A stretch of 64,000 nucleotides of DNA. Origin: Octopus sinensis. Its lineage: Eukaryota. This document shows positions 48,184-59,448 of this stretch, piece after piece. The position numbers and the translations under genes were made by a program. The first letter of the stretch is position 1. The number at the start of each line of letters is the position of its first letter. The stretch is from the NCBI RefSeq assembly GCF_006345805.1, contig NC_042997.1, positions 209,436,001-209,500,000 on the forward strand, written 5' to 3'. The notes under the pieces are model-generated. The model had not been told where the DNA came from. It saw nothing but the letters and a program-made list of their open reading frames with translations, and did no database searches.

Positions 48184-50422
48184 TAATGTCATAGCTTTGA
48201 GATTTTCTGTTTTCACAACGGCATTATGGGGTAAGTGTGAGAGGCCAGATCACACCAGTTTGAACAGAAAACAGGTAGAAAATCTTGTCTGGATATGGCA
48301 GGTTTAAACGCTGAAGATTTAATACGATTTTTTTTTAGAGAAAAATCCCAACATTCTAACACAGGTAAAGGTGAATGAATTTTTGCTGATAATCAGACAG
48401 GTGAAAACATTTACCTTTTTGTTACCATAGTTCTATTCTTCCTTTGTTTCAATTAATTTTGAAAACAGTGAAGAATTCACGAAAAAAAAAGAACTGTCCT
48501 TAAGCTAGTGTTGGAACCTAAAATAACATGAAATTTCGATGAAAGATTATAATTTCGGTCACTTTAAAACAAGAAGAATGTTTCACAGAATCAGAATGGG
48601 TTCAGACAGTAGCATCAAACAATAAACCAATATTCCAGTCAGTCAAAGACTGTTTAAATGGTTGAGATTGCAAGAAAACTGAAGTTCCTCTCTATAGTCT
48701 AAAATATAATGATGCAACAGAGAGAATTCTAGAAAAACAATCACGTCTGCATTAAAAAGTTACAGCAAATTATTTGAAAAGTTTAACGAGCATTTGCATA
48801 ATGTCACTTTCAGTTATTTGGTGCAAGTCTGGAATCTCCAGGAAAGGAATTATTTGGCAGACAAGAGTAACAGCAAACTCTTTTTTTTTCTTTCTTAGTC
48901 TAAGAGATTGAAAAAATGCTTTGTTGCAGTGAAATGACATTTATTGCAGAAGCATCTTAACATTTTCTGATTGATTTGAACAGAAATACGGCTGAGGCGA
49001 AACAAGAAGAGATAAAAACTCGGTCGTTTGACATATAGCTTCTACATCATCATCATCATCATCATCATCATTTAACATCCGTTTTCCATGCTAGCATGGA
49101 TTGGATGGTTCGATCGGGGTCTGGGAAGCCAGGAGGCTGCACCAGGCACCAGTCTGATCTGGCAGTGTTTCTACAGCTGGATGCCCTTCCTAACACCAAC
49201 CACTTCGTGAGTGTAGTGGGTGCTTTTTAAGGGCCACCGGCACAGGGGCCAGGGGAGGCTGGCAACAGCCACGATCAGTTAGTGCTTTTACGTGTCACCG
49301 ACACGGACACCAGTCAGGTGGTGCTGGCATCTGCCACGTTTGGACGGTGCTTTTATATGTATATATATATATATATGTATATATATATGTGTGTGTATGT
49401 ATATATTTGTGTGTCTATGTTTGTCCCTCCAGCATCGCTTGACAACCGATGGCAGTGTGTTTACGTCCCCCGTAACTTAGCAGTTTGGCAAAAGAGACCG
49501 ATAGAATAAGTGCTAGGCTTCCAAAGAATAAGTCCTGGGGGTCGATTTGCCCGACTATAAGGCAGTGCTCCAGCATGGCTGCAGTCAAATGACTGAAAAA
49601 AGTAAAAGAGTAAAAAAGGGTAAGAGTATATCCGTCATCGTCATCATCATCATCGTTTTAGCATCTCCTTTCCCATGTTTGTATGGGTTGAACGGAATTC
49701 GTCAAAGCGGGTTTTTTTCAGCTGAGTGTCCACCCAGTCACCAAACCTCGCTTGTTTTCAAGCGAGGCAATATTTTCTCTTGGTCAGACATGAATTTACA
49801 GAAAACTGGAAACGAACAACATCACTTGTAATGATGGTGCCTTTGTTCACAACCATTACATGCTGTCAAGACAAGGTGGGTGTGTGGGGGGACACACATA
49901 TTTAGACATATATGCCAAAAGATACCTGACAGTAAATCAAAATTTCATAAATACTATTTGTAATTCTGCATTGACTCGAATGGAAAAAATGTATCTCTCA
50001 AGAAAGACTTCAGTTTGAACAATTTCCATGTTGTTTCGTTTTTAGATGATTTTATTAAATTCATTCAGTTTTTAAACATAAATAAATCTTGGAATTAAAT
50101 GGTTCTGGTTTACTGTCAGGTGACTTTTGGCCAACCCTGTATGTGTGTGTGTGTGAGTGTATGTATGTTTAAATATGTGTGTGTGTATATATATATATAT
50201 ACATTAAGGGCATTACTGCATGTAAATGCATGCCCTTAATGTAAATATATATATTGAAAGAGAATAATTATAAATTTTTCCCTTATGAGGTTCTCACACT
50301 GACTATTTGATAAATTCTTGTAAAGATTTTATTCTATTATATATATATATATATATATAACATTATTGGTGAATTGTAGAAATGGAGCTGAACGCAGATT
50401 GAACAGAAATCGTTTTATTTCA

Positions 50423-50502
50423 TTCTACACGTGTTTCGAAAGGCACAAATTACCAAAATCCGATTGAATAATGGGACCATATTGTGTCTTTCTCTTCAGG
50501 AA
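50423..50502 (-). ncRNA. Type I hammerhead ribozyme motif, mirror copy on the MTHFD1 sense strand
   Basis: Reverse complement of 50755-50834; predicted cleavage 3' of the A at 50426. Confidence 0.75.
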
Positions 50503-50754
50503 GAAAAAAGGAAATCCGTTGGAAACACAAAAACAGAACAGAGGCGGAGCAAAAAACAAATCGAACTGTGCTCCTAAGAGCCCATGGCGAAACTGTTTAT
50601 CAGTGTATGTTGAGAACCGGTGGCTGAAGAATTCAGTATGTTCTCAACATACACTGATAAACAGTTTCGCCATGGGCTCTTAGGAGCACAGTTCGATTTG
50701 TTTTTTGCTCCGCCTCTGTTCTGTTTTTGTGTTTCCAACGGATTTCCTTTTTTC

Positions 50755-50834
50755 TTCCTGAAGAGAAAGACACAATATGGTCCCATTATTCAATCGGATT
50801 TTGGTAATTTGTGCCTTTCGAAACACGTGTAGAA
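50755..50834 (+). ncRNA. Type I hammerhead ribozyme motif with intact core
   Basis: Stem I ttc / CUGAAGA (50758-50764) / stem II GAAAGACACAA with UUGUGCCUUUC (10 of 11 pairs) / GAAAC / loop ACGU / GUA with predicted cleavage after 50831 / stem I gaa. Confidence 0.75.
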
Positions 50835-51047
50835 TGAAATAAAACGATTTCTGTTCAATCTGCGTTCAGCTCCATTTCTACAATTCACCAATAATGTTTT
50901 AATTTCAATTATCCGCACCAACGCACGGTTGTAACGCCAGATGGTTGTACCTCCAACCGTGCTGTTTACTGCTGTGATTTTTGCTACTAAGGTATCGGTT
51001 AAACTTTTGATTAATCTACTACAAGATTATTCATCTTTCTATTTCAC

Positions 51048-51085
<38 letters not shown>

Positions 51086-51401
51086 CATACATACATACAC
51101 AAGCTTCTTTTCAGTTTTCATGTACCAAATCCACTCACAGCCAAGGGTTATAACAGAAGACATTTGCCGAAGGTGTTGAACTGAAAATCATACGGTTGGA
51201 AAGCAAGCTTCTTAACTACACAACCACGTTTGCACCTGTCAACCTTACCTGTGCATATGTCCTTACGATGTGAGGGTAGCAATGTTGTTTTCAACGAATT
51301 TCCTGAAGACAACAACCTACAGAGATAGGTAACCGAGAAGAGTAGGTCACAAGTGGATCTCCCTTTACAGAAATTGTACTAGTGGCCATGAGAGAGGGAG
51401 G

Positions 51402-51438
<37 letters not shown>

Positions 51439-54400
51439 GGAGGTAGAAGGGGAGAAGAAGAGAGATTTAAGTTGTTGGTGGGCATTATTGTTAATGACTG
51501 TGTCCATTACCTGAGAGATATTGGAAGGGAGTGCAAAGACAAAAGGGTTACCTTTCTAGGAAATGGGACCTACCATTGACCATTACCAAAAGATCAGAGC
51601 AGATTTCTGTAGCGAGGTGACAGGTGAGAAATGGAAATGACAGGCGAGAAATGGAAGTGTCTGGTGAGAGTAGGAGGTAACATTGGGAGAAGGAGTAAGT
51701 TCAGTGTTCTAGTATAATGAAAGGGAGAATGGCTATGAAGGCTGGACCTTGATGCCTCCCTATAGAAATCTCTGGATGGATTCTACATCAGAATGCTTGG
51801 TGCAGTAGGAACTTTGACAGCCAATGTTGACAGAACACCTGTACATATGTGCAGGGCTGAGCGAGATCTTTTGAGAAAGACAGACAGGTGCCAATCTGGG
51901 CTGACAGAGCTTGGCACTACAGTGTCACCACAGGTGTTACTGTCAGAATGCAATGAGCCAGAACAGATGCCACAAGACATCTCATCCAACCACAAAATAG
52001 TTCTACCAATCCACCATTCTAGATTGGTACCTTTTTATCAACCCCTGGAAAGATAAAATACAAAATGACCTTGAAGAGATTTGAACTCAGCCACCCAAAG
52101 GGTTAGCACCAGAATGTGTAGAGCTAGCAACAAGTGTCTGTATATGGTGGTTACCAGAGTTGAGTGAAAAAAATAGCAGTTACAAGAGTGTGGTTGGCTG
52201 GTCACTGCCTGAGACACCAACAACTCTTTCTTGACCAGTTGGTCAGCTGGGGACATGGGAACTAAAAGAATGGCATTGCCAGAAAGGGCATCCCATTCCC
52301 ACATACATCAATGTATTATATAAAGATGTAGAAGAGGAGAGGACCAATGAGTTGACAAGGCATTTGGAGGACGGTTGAAGACAACACTGGAGGATTCATC
52401 TAAGAATGACCTTAATAATAATAATAATAATTATAATAGGAGCACTCAGAGAGCGCAAACCTCCGCCAAGGCAACACCAACGCCCTCTCAATGATTAGCT
52501 GGAGATGATTTTTAAAATGAGAATGTCTGAAATAAACTCGACTGCTCTCACAAATGAGAATTCTAAAAATGAACCTGACTGCTCTCAAAAATTAAGTAAA
52601 AGAACAGAAAAAAATAATCCAGAATTATGTGTGGTTAAAATAGTTAGCTTCCCAACCACGTGGTCTCAGGTTCAGTTCCACTCCATGGCACCTCAGGCAA
52701 GATCTTATGAGGGGATTTGATAGAGCGAAACTAAAAGAAGCCCATCGCATGTATATAAATATGTGTCCTTGACCAGACATTACATGACTGTAAATGAGCA
52801 AGGTGCCACGCAGTGGGACTGAACCCGGAATCTTGTGGTTGGGAAGCAAGCTTCTTACCACACAGCCACTCCTGCACCTAATGATGATGATGGTTTCTTA
52901 GATCATTGGAAGTTGACCCCCGCTCCCCATTATATGACTGGTACTTGATTCTCCCTCACAGAAGAATGGAAAACATGTTTGTAATGGCCACATAATCGCG
53001 TCAATAGGATCAATTCCAATATTTGATTGGTACTTGGGAATGGAAAATACCTGTAGCACCACCACTGCCTCCATCACTGCTGCTGCAGCTGGGGCGCGGA
53101 ATTTAGCAAATGCTTCGATATTGATAGAGGACACCAGTCATTCACACAACCTTCCATCACGACATAAAGAGACTAGGCTGAAAAAAGCGTGAATGATGTT
53201 CTCTCCGCATACCGACATTTTGTGTACCAATATCGAAAGATCGCCTGTCCGTTAGTCCATTGAAAAAGCAAAGACCCTTCTCACAAGCATCATAAAAGAA
53301 ACTACTTTAAATCTTGTTTTACTTGATAATAAAACATTTTTCTTATAAACACGTGTATAGTGGGGGATTAAGTGGTCGCTCGAAATATAAGAAATAGCAA
53401 CCAAATCGTACTTTATTATCTTAGAAAGAAGAACAATATATGAGATAATATAAAGACCGAGATGGGCAGAAGAAGTGTGCAGCTAACTTCATTTTCCCAT
53501 AACTTTCTTTAAAATGTAGATTTATATTTCATTAAAATTTTCAGTAGAAACATTTTACGCATAGATTAAGATCATGTCTGTGTGTTTAGGGGGTGATTCA
53601 TTTTTTTTTCATCTATCAATCTATTTACCACTTAACAGAATTGTGCTAAATGTAGGTTTCTCAATTAAATTTTCGAAAGGTATGTTTTAAAGATGTAGGA
53701 ATGGTCCTGGTTGGAGCGCTAGTAAATGTTTGTCTGCTCAACGAGAACTGGCCTCCGTCTACAGAAATAATAACAACAACGTGTACAGACCACAAACACA
53801 TGTGCAGGATACACATGTCTATACATACTGGTGAGGAGGATTAAGGTCAACTGAAATCGTTCTAAATCACAAACCAGCAATGGTCCACCTTTCATCCTTC
53901 TATTGTCCGGCTGGACATCATTAAGACCTAATAAACGTGGAGAATAACAGATTAAAAATTTAATTTTCCTCTAGTCCACCCTTAAGCTACCGGGACCACT
54001 GTTCTAAAGTAGTACCCATATATTAAACATAAATAAATCATTTTTAACAGCGAAACTCGAAGCAGATAAAGCTACAAATAATAACGTGTAGTTATTGGAT
54101 TAAAAACCGTTTTGAATAGACAAAGTCGAAGGCTGCCCGTGGCGCAAATAAATTACCAGATGTAACTTACATTAAATATAACATATTTTTAAAAAATTCA
54201 TTTAACCTTAAATAGTAGAAAGTAATTTATGCAAAAAATATAAGTACAACGGAAGAAAAAAAACCCTAAAATTTTCAACACTTTAAATTCAATTTTATAT
54301 TACAAAAAAATTTGTTATAATTTACAATTTTTACTAAGGTAAATCTGGTCGGGGGTTAAAAAGGCAAAAAACAAAGTTTGTGGTACCCAAAACACGTGCT

Positions 54401-55488
54401 TGCTTGGTTTAATTACATTGAATTAGTTCATCCGAGACTCCCCCGTATAAAACTTAGTTGCGATTAACTAAAGGACGGGGTCTGTAGGGTATCACATGAA
54501 ATGGTTAAATTAACAACCGTATGTCCCTTAAAATGCTTCATGCAGTCTTGAAACAGAAAGGGTAGCGTAGTTTTAAAATAAGTTGCTTGAAAGAGTATAG
54601 AGTCACAACTGCTTTTTGTCAGAGGCCGACAGGATGAGGGCTGACTTGGGGTTAAACAAAAACATTGTGTAAACGTGTGTGTCGTTGTAACCTCGCTCAG
54701 GTGGGACGATGTTGTTTTTACGACGTTGCTGTGCAATCCCAGGTTTACAGGGTGTGTGGTGACACCCCTACTATTATCAGTATTTACAGACGTTGAAATA
54801 TTCTCTTACATGTTACACTATTAATCCCATATAGTACATCCCGTTGATGGTCACATAGTGACAGTCGGTCGAAAATCGAGGGTAGGTTTGAGGCATCGAT
54901 AAATTGATTATAATCTTCGTAAATAAAGTTTTACTAGTTATCCTAAGATCGAGAGATGTGATTCGGGGACGGTTCGGTAAATTTGTTAGGGCGATGTTGG
55001 ACTAGATGCATGATGTCGAACCAAATTATGGCTCTTCACGTTTTAAGTTCGAATTTCACAGACGTAAAAGTCAGGGTCGACAAACTACATTGCCGGTCAC
55101 AAACCATGAATCAAGTTAATATTTCTACGAGACATCCAAGATGTGAAGGGAGTCATAATAAAAGTAAAGGGCACAGAATAAAGCAACGACAACATTCGGA
55201 GATGAGTGCCATAGATGGAGCGGGGTGGAGGGCATACAGAAGTTGTGAGCTGCAAATGGTTGAGATGATTCTATGCAATCTAAAGGTATTGTCATGGAAG
55301 AACAATTTTTAAAATGCTGGGGAGAATAATTTTTAAAAAGCAACTACAACCCATCCTGGGATGTACAAATGTCTGCAACATTGCTCTCGTGTTATGCGAT
55401 GATGCTTTTTCCCACACTTACAAAACATGATAATAACAATAATAATGGTATGTGTTAATACGTAATATATATATATATATTGACTTAC

Positions 55489-55523
55489 TCTGAGATATTT
55501 TTACCGCTCAGTATCGAAGCCAT
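55489..55523 (-). CDS. MTHFD1: MTHFD1 coding exon 1 (MASILSGKNIS, ends phase 2)
   Basis: ATG GCT TCG ATA CTG AGC GGT AAA AAT ATC TCA GA|gtaagt; matches the ILxGK N-terminus of FolD; 35 nt. Confidence 0.88.
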
Positions 55524-55800
55524 AGCTGAAATGTGATGGAGTTTAAGAGAGAGGTTAATAGTTTTAGAAAGTTTCACGAAACAACAACGAGATGTTGCTA
55601 ACTTTAATCCTCCACCGCTGGTCGGGTAGAGCTGGGTCACAGAGCGAGAGAGAGAGAGGGGTGTGTGTGTGTAAAATATGTGATTGATGTAGCGCTGGTT
55701 GGTTGTGTGTGACCCAGTAGTGGGAGGTGGGGTTGCATACGACTGGGAAATAATGATTTAAAGGGGGCGGGAACGAAAGGTCATTCTTATCTGTTTGTTT
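55524..55800 (-). promoter_or_regulatory. Probable MTHFD1 5' UTR and promoter region
   Basis: Directly upstream of the ATG; GC box GGGGCGGG at 55764-55771; CpG is visibly more frequent from about 53300 to 55800 than in the rest of the gene body. Confidence 0.55.
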
Positions 55801-57849
55801 ATACACACACACACACACAACTTAGATGTGTGTGGTACAACTTCATGTTCACCGTAATCTAGTCACAAACGGAGAAATATTGACAAGAACATATATATAC
55901 GTGCAGATACATATATTCCCAGACGAACATATATACATAAATAAACAAATGTTGACGCACATACACACACAAACTATGCACCGCATTCATACATGCGCAT
56001 GTCGGTGCCGTGTGGTCAAATGGTTTAGAAGTTCAGTTTGCAACCATGAGGCCCTGCGATCGATCTCACTGCATAGCGCTTTGGACAACCATTTTTTTTT
56101 ATAGCTTTGGGTCACCCCATATTTTATGAATGAAACTGGGCAGATGGAAACTACATAGAAACCAATCAGAGGAGAGTGTCCCTAGAGTTCAAAGGAACAG
56201 CTTTCTTACACACTGTGTTATGATGATTCTAGTTGAGAATTATGGTAAGGTCACATCTATCCGTGGAATATTCAACCACTTACACGGTAATCCAACAACA
56301 AGTTGATTCAGCTGATTGAACAAAATATAGGAGAATTTGTTGTTGAAAGTGTAACTAAATTTGAAAAACTTGTAATTGTTTTTCAATAAATTTACTTATC
56401 ATCATCATCATCATCATCGTTTAACGTCCACTTTCCATGCTAGCATGGGTTGGACGGTTCAACTGGGGTCTGGCAAGCCCGAAGGCTGCACCAGGCCAGT
56501 CAGATCTGACAGTGTTTCTACAGCTGGATGCCCTTCCTAACGCCAACCGCTCCGAGAGTGTAGTGGGTGATTTTATGTGCCACCGACACAGGTGCCAGAC
56601 GAGGCTGGCAGACGGCCACGCTCGGATGGTGTTTTTTATGTGCCACCGACACAGGTGCCAGACTAGTTTCAACAATAATTTTTGTTTATCAATGATAAAA
56701 ATTTAAAATTATGATTTAGAAAAACATGTTTAAAACATTCAATGTTTGCAAGTTTTAATAATATCAAATATGATTTAAATGTTCACAACAGCGCAAGAGT
56801 GGCTGTGTGGTAAGTAGCTTGCTTACCAACATGATTCCAGATTCAGTCCCACTGTGTGGCATCTTGGGCAAGTGTATTCTACTATAGCCTCGGGCTGACC
56901 AAAGCCTTGTGAGTGGATTTGCCAGGCGGAAACTGAAAGAAGCTCGTCGTATATATGTGTGTGTGTGTATATGTTTGTGTGTTTGTGTTTGTCCCCCTAG
57001 CATTGCTTGACAACCGATGCTGGTGTGTTTATGCCCCCGTCATTTAGTGGTTCGGCAAAAGAATAAGTACTAGGCTTACAAAGAATAAGTCCCAGGGTCG
57101 ATTTGCCCGACTAAAGATGGTGCTCCAGCATGGTCGCAGTCAAATGACTGATACAAGTTCAATAGTATAAAAAATATGGATCATCTTGTTTAAATGCACA
57201 GAATGTTGATGCACATACACATACAAAATATGCATGCAGGCACATACATGTGCATCTTGGTGCAGTATATATATATATAAATTTAAGAGTATCCTTCAAT
57301 CATTGGGCAATAAACTGCGATTGCGAAGACCTGTTGAGGCAAGTGAAGTCATTGTCATGGCTGATGACGGTACCAGCTGACTGGCACCCATGCTGGTGGT
57401 ATGTAAAAAGCACCATTCGAGCATGGTCAATGCCAGTGCTGTCCGACTGGTCCCGTGGTGGTGGCATGTTAAAAGCACCATTCCAGCGTGATCATTGCCA
57501 GTGCCACATGACTGGCTCCTGTGCCAGTGGCACATAAAAAATACCATTTGAGCATGGTCGATGCCAGTGCAGGCTGACTGGTTCTTGTGCTGGTGGTACG
57601 TAAAAAGCACCCATTACACTCTCGGAGTGGTTGGCGTTAGGAAGGGCATCCAGCCGTAGAAACCTTGCCAGATCAGATTGGAGCCTGGTGCAGCCTCCTG
57701 GCTTGCCAGTCCTTAGTCAAACCGTCCAACCCATGCCAGCATGGAAAACAAATGATGATATATATATATATATATGTAAATTTTTGGACTAAATGTTAAT
57801 TAGTGTGTTGAGTAAAGCACGGTCACAGTTTTGGGCTACCTGGTGTAAT

Positions 57850-58220
57850 CTATGATGCTGGATCACAGACATAGCATTCCCAGCTGACAACAAGGTATGT
57901 GATAAGGAAGAAGGAAAAGTTGATAGATATGACAGGTTAGCTTGGGAGGTAAAGCAGTTGCGGTCATGATAAAGGTAGCAGTAGTACCAATGACTGTTGG
58001 AGCCCTGTGAACAGTGAGCAAAAATCTCGAGAAGTACGTGGGACAAATAGGGCCTGCAATAAGGGTGGAGCACTTCCAGAAAACAGCACTGCTTGGAATC
58101 GCTCAAATACTCCGGAAGGTGCTCGAAAAATAAGGGGTGTTACCTTAGTTCACTGGTAGTGAACAGCTGACACCATAGTATATCTCCAGCGTTAGAAGCT
58201 GAGCAAAGGCAATGTAATAA
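57850..58220 (+). mobile_element. 3' end of the same RLE-type LINE family, with an (AAT/AAC)n tail
   Basis: Near-identical to 3420-3560 (gacatagcat.cccagctgac...gcagtagtaccaat); ends ALLGIAQILRKVLE then a short 3' UTR. Confidence 0.75.
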
Positions 58221-58284
58221 TAACAACAACAACAATAACAACAGCAACAACAACAATAATAATAACAACAATAATAATAATAAT

Positions 58285-59125
58285 CAGAAACAGAAGGGTT
58301 TATTATAGCAGCTGAAGATCAATGCCTATCTACAAGGAACTACCAGGCCAACATATTAAAGATCAGAAGCAGTCCAACATGTCGTGTATGTCGACAACAA
58401 AATGAAACCATTGATCATGTTGTCTCCAAATGCAGTCTTCTAGTGCCTACAGAGTATCTCAACAGACACGATAGAGCTGCACAATATATTCACTGGGTAA
58501 TTTGCAAAACCTTGATTTGCCCCATGAAAAAAACTGGTGGGAACACAAACCACCCCCAGTGCTTGAAAATGACCACATCTCACTCCTCTGGAACTTCACC
58601 ATTCAAACTGACAGAAAGATAGATGTAAATAGGCCAGACATTATATTGAAAGACTTCAGACAAAAAACATGCCTCCTCATTGATATGACTATCCCAATCG
58701 ATATAAACGTATCTGTCAAGACCTACCAAAAACTGAGCAAATATAAAGATCTTGAAATAGAAATCAGCAAAATGTGGAACCTGAAAACTAAAACAATACC
58801 TGTTGTCATAGGTGCCCTGGGAATGATAGCAAAAGGGGCTGATTGCTACCTTGTTCAGATACCAGGAAACCCCAGAATGGCAGAAATTCAAAAGATAGTA
58901 CTCATGGGAACTGCCCATATCCTACATAAAGTATTGTCTATGTTCTCTCAAATTTTAAAACAAACTCATAATTTTCTTATGTTTTCTTAAACACTCTCAA
59001 GAACAATATTATGTGCAAAACCAAATATATGACACCCTAAGCATAACACCAACTTCTAGTCTCTTGAGGTCTCTGGGTGAGACTTGGAACCAACTTGTAC
59101 AAATACAAAGCAAAAGTCAAACAAA
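58285..59125 (+). mobile_element. Second RLE-type LINE family, 3' fragment between (AAT)n tracts
   Basis: ETEGFIIAAEDQ, CRVCRQQNETIDHVVSKC, RHD, NRPDII..LIDMTIP..KYKDL, PVVIGALG; one frameshift near 58510. Confidence 0.85.
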
Positions 59126-59344
59126 AAATAATAATAATGATAATAATAATGATAATAACAACAACAACAACAATAATAATAATATTAATAATAATAATAA
59201 TAATAATAATATTCTGTTGTGTCTGGGGAGAGTCATTCTCTTTTAGTGCCTTAATATTTAACACTCACCGGTAAAATCTCCACTTATTTCTTATTTTTTT
59301 ATTTTCTAAAATTTTCATTGCATCTTGCAACCTTTTCAATAGTC

Positions 59345-59352
59345 TTGACTAT

Positions 59353-59401
<49 letters not shown>

Positions 59402-59404
59402 GTA

Positions 59405-59448
<44 letters not shown>
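59345..59448. repeat. (AAT)n microsatellite; other (ATT)n arrays at 611-668 and 59125-59210
   Basis: Direct reading. Confidence 0.95.

Larger units (their letters stand above)
50359..50898. mobile_element. Perfect inverted repeat (259 bp arms, 22 bp spacer); probable inverted pseudo-LTR pair of a Penelope-like element
   Basis: 50359-50617 is the reverse complement of 50640-50898 with no mismatch found by eye; each arm holds a hammerhead motif; CpG-rich; with 50899-51040 it lies between (TA)n runs. Confidence 0.8.
1843..55523 (-). other. MTHFD1: C1-tetrahydrofolate synthase gene (MTHFD1-type), 5' part: 10 coding exons; continues past the window start
   Basis: Spliced translation: [311 protein letters not shown]. 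It is colinear with the FolD/DC301 domain followed by the W-x-L-x-L-x-VPS linker into the formyl-THF synthetase domain. All introns are GT-AG and phases are compatible. Confidence 0.93.

Noticed and set aside
51500-52020. Possible fossil Penelope-like RT on the minus strand; a similar hint at 35770-36270
   Set aside because: Only scattered weak motifs across several frames with many stops; not supportable without a profile search.
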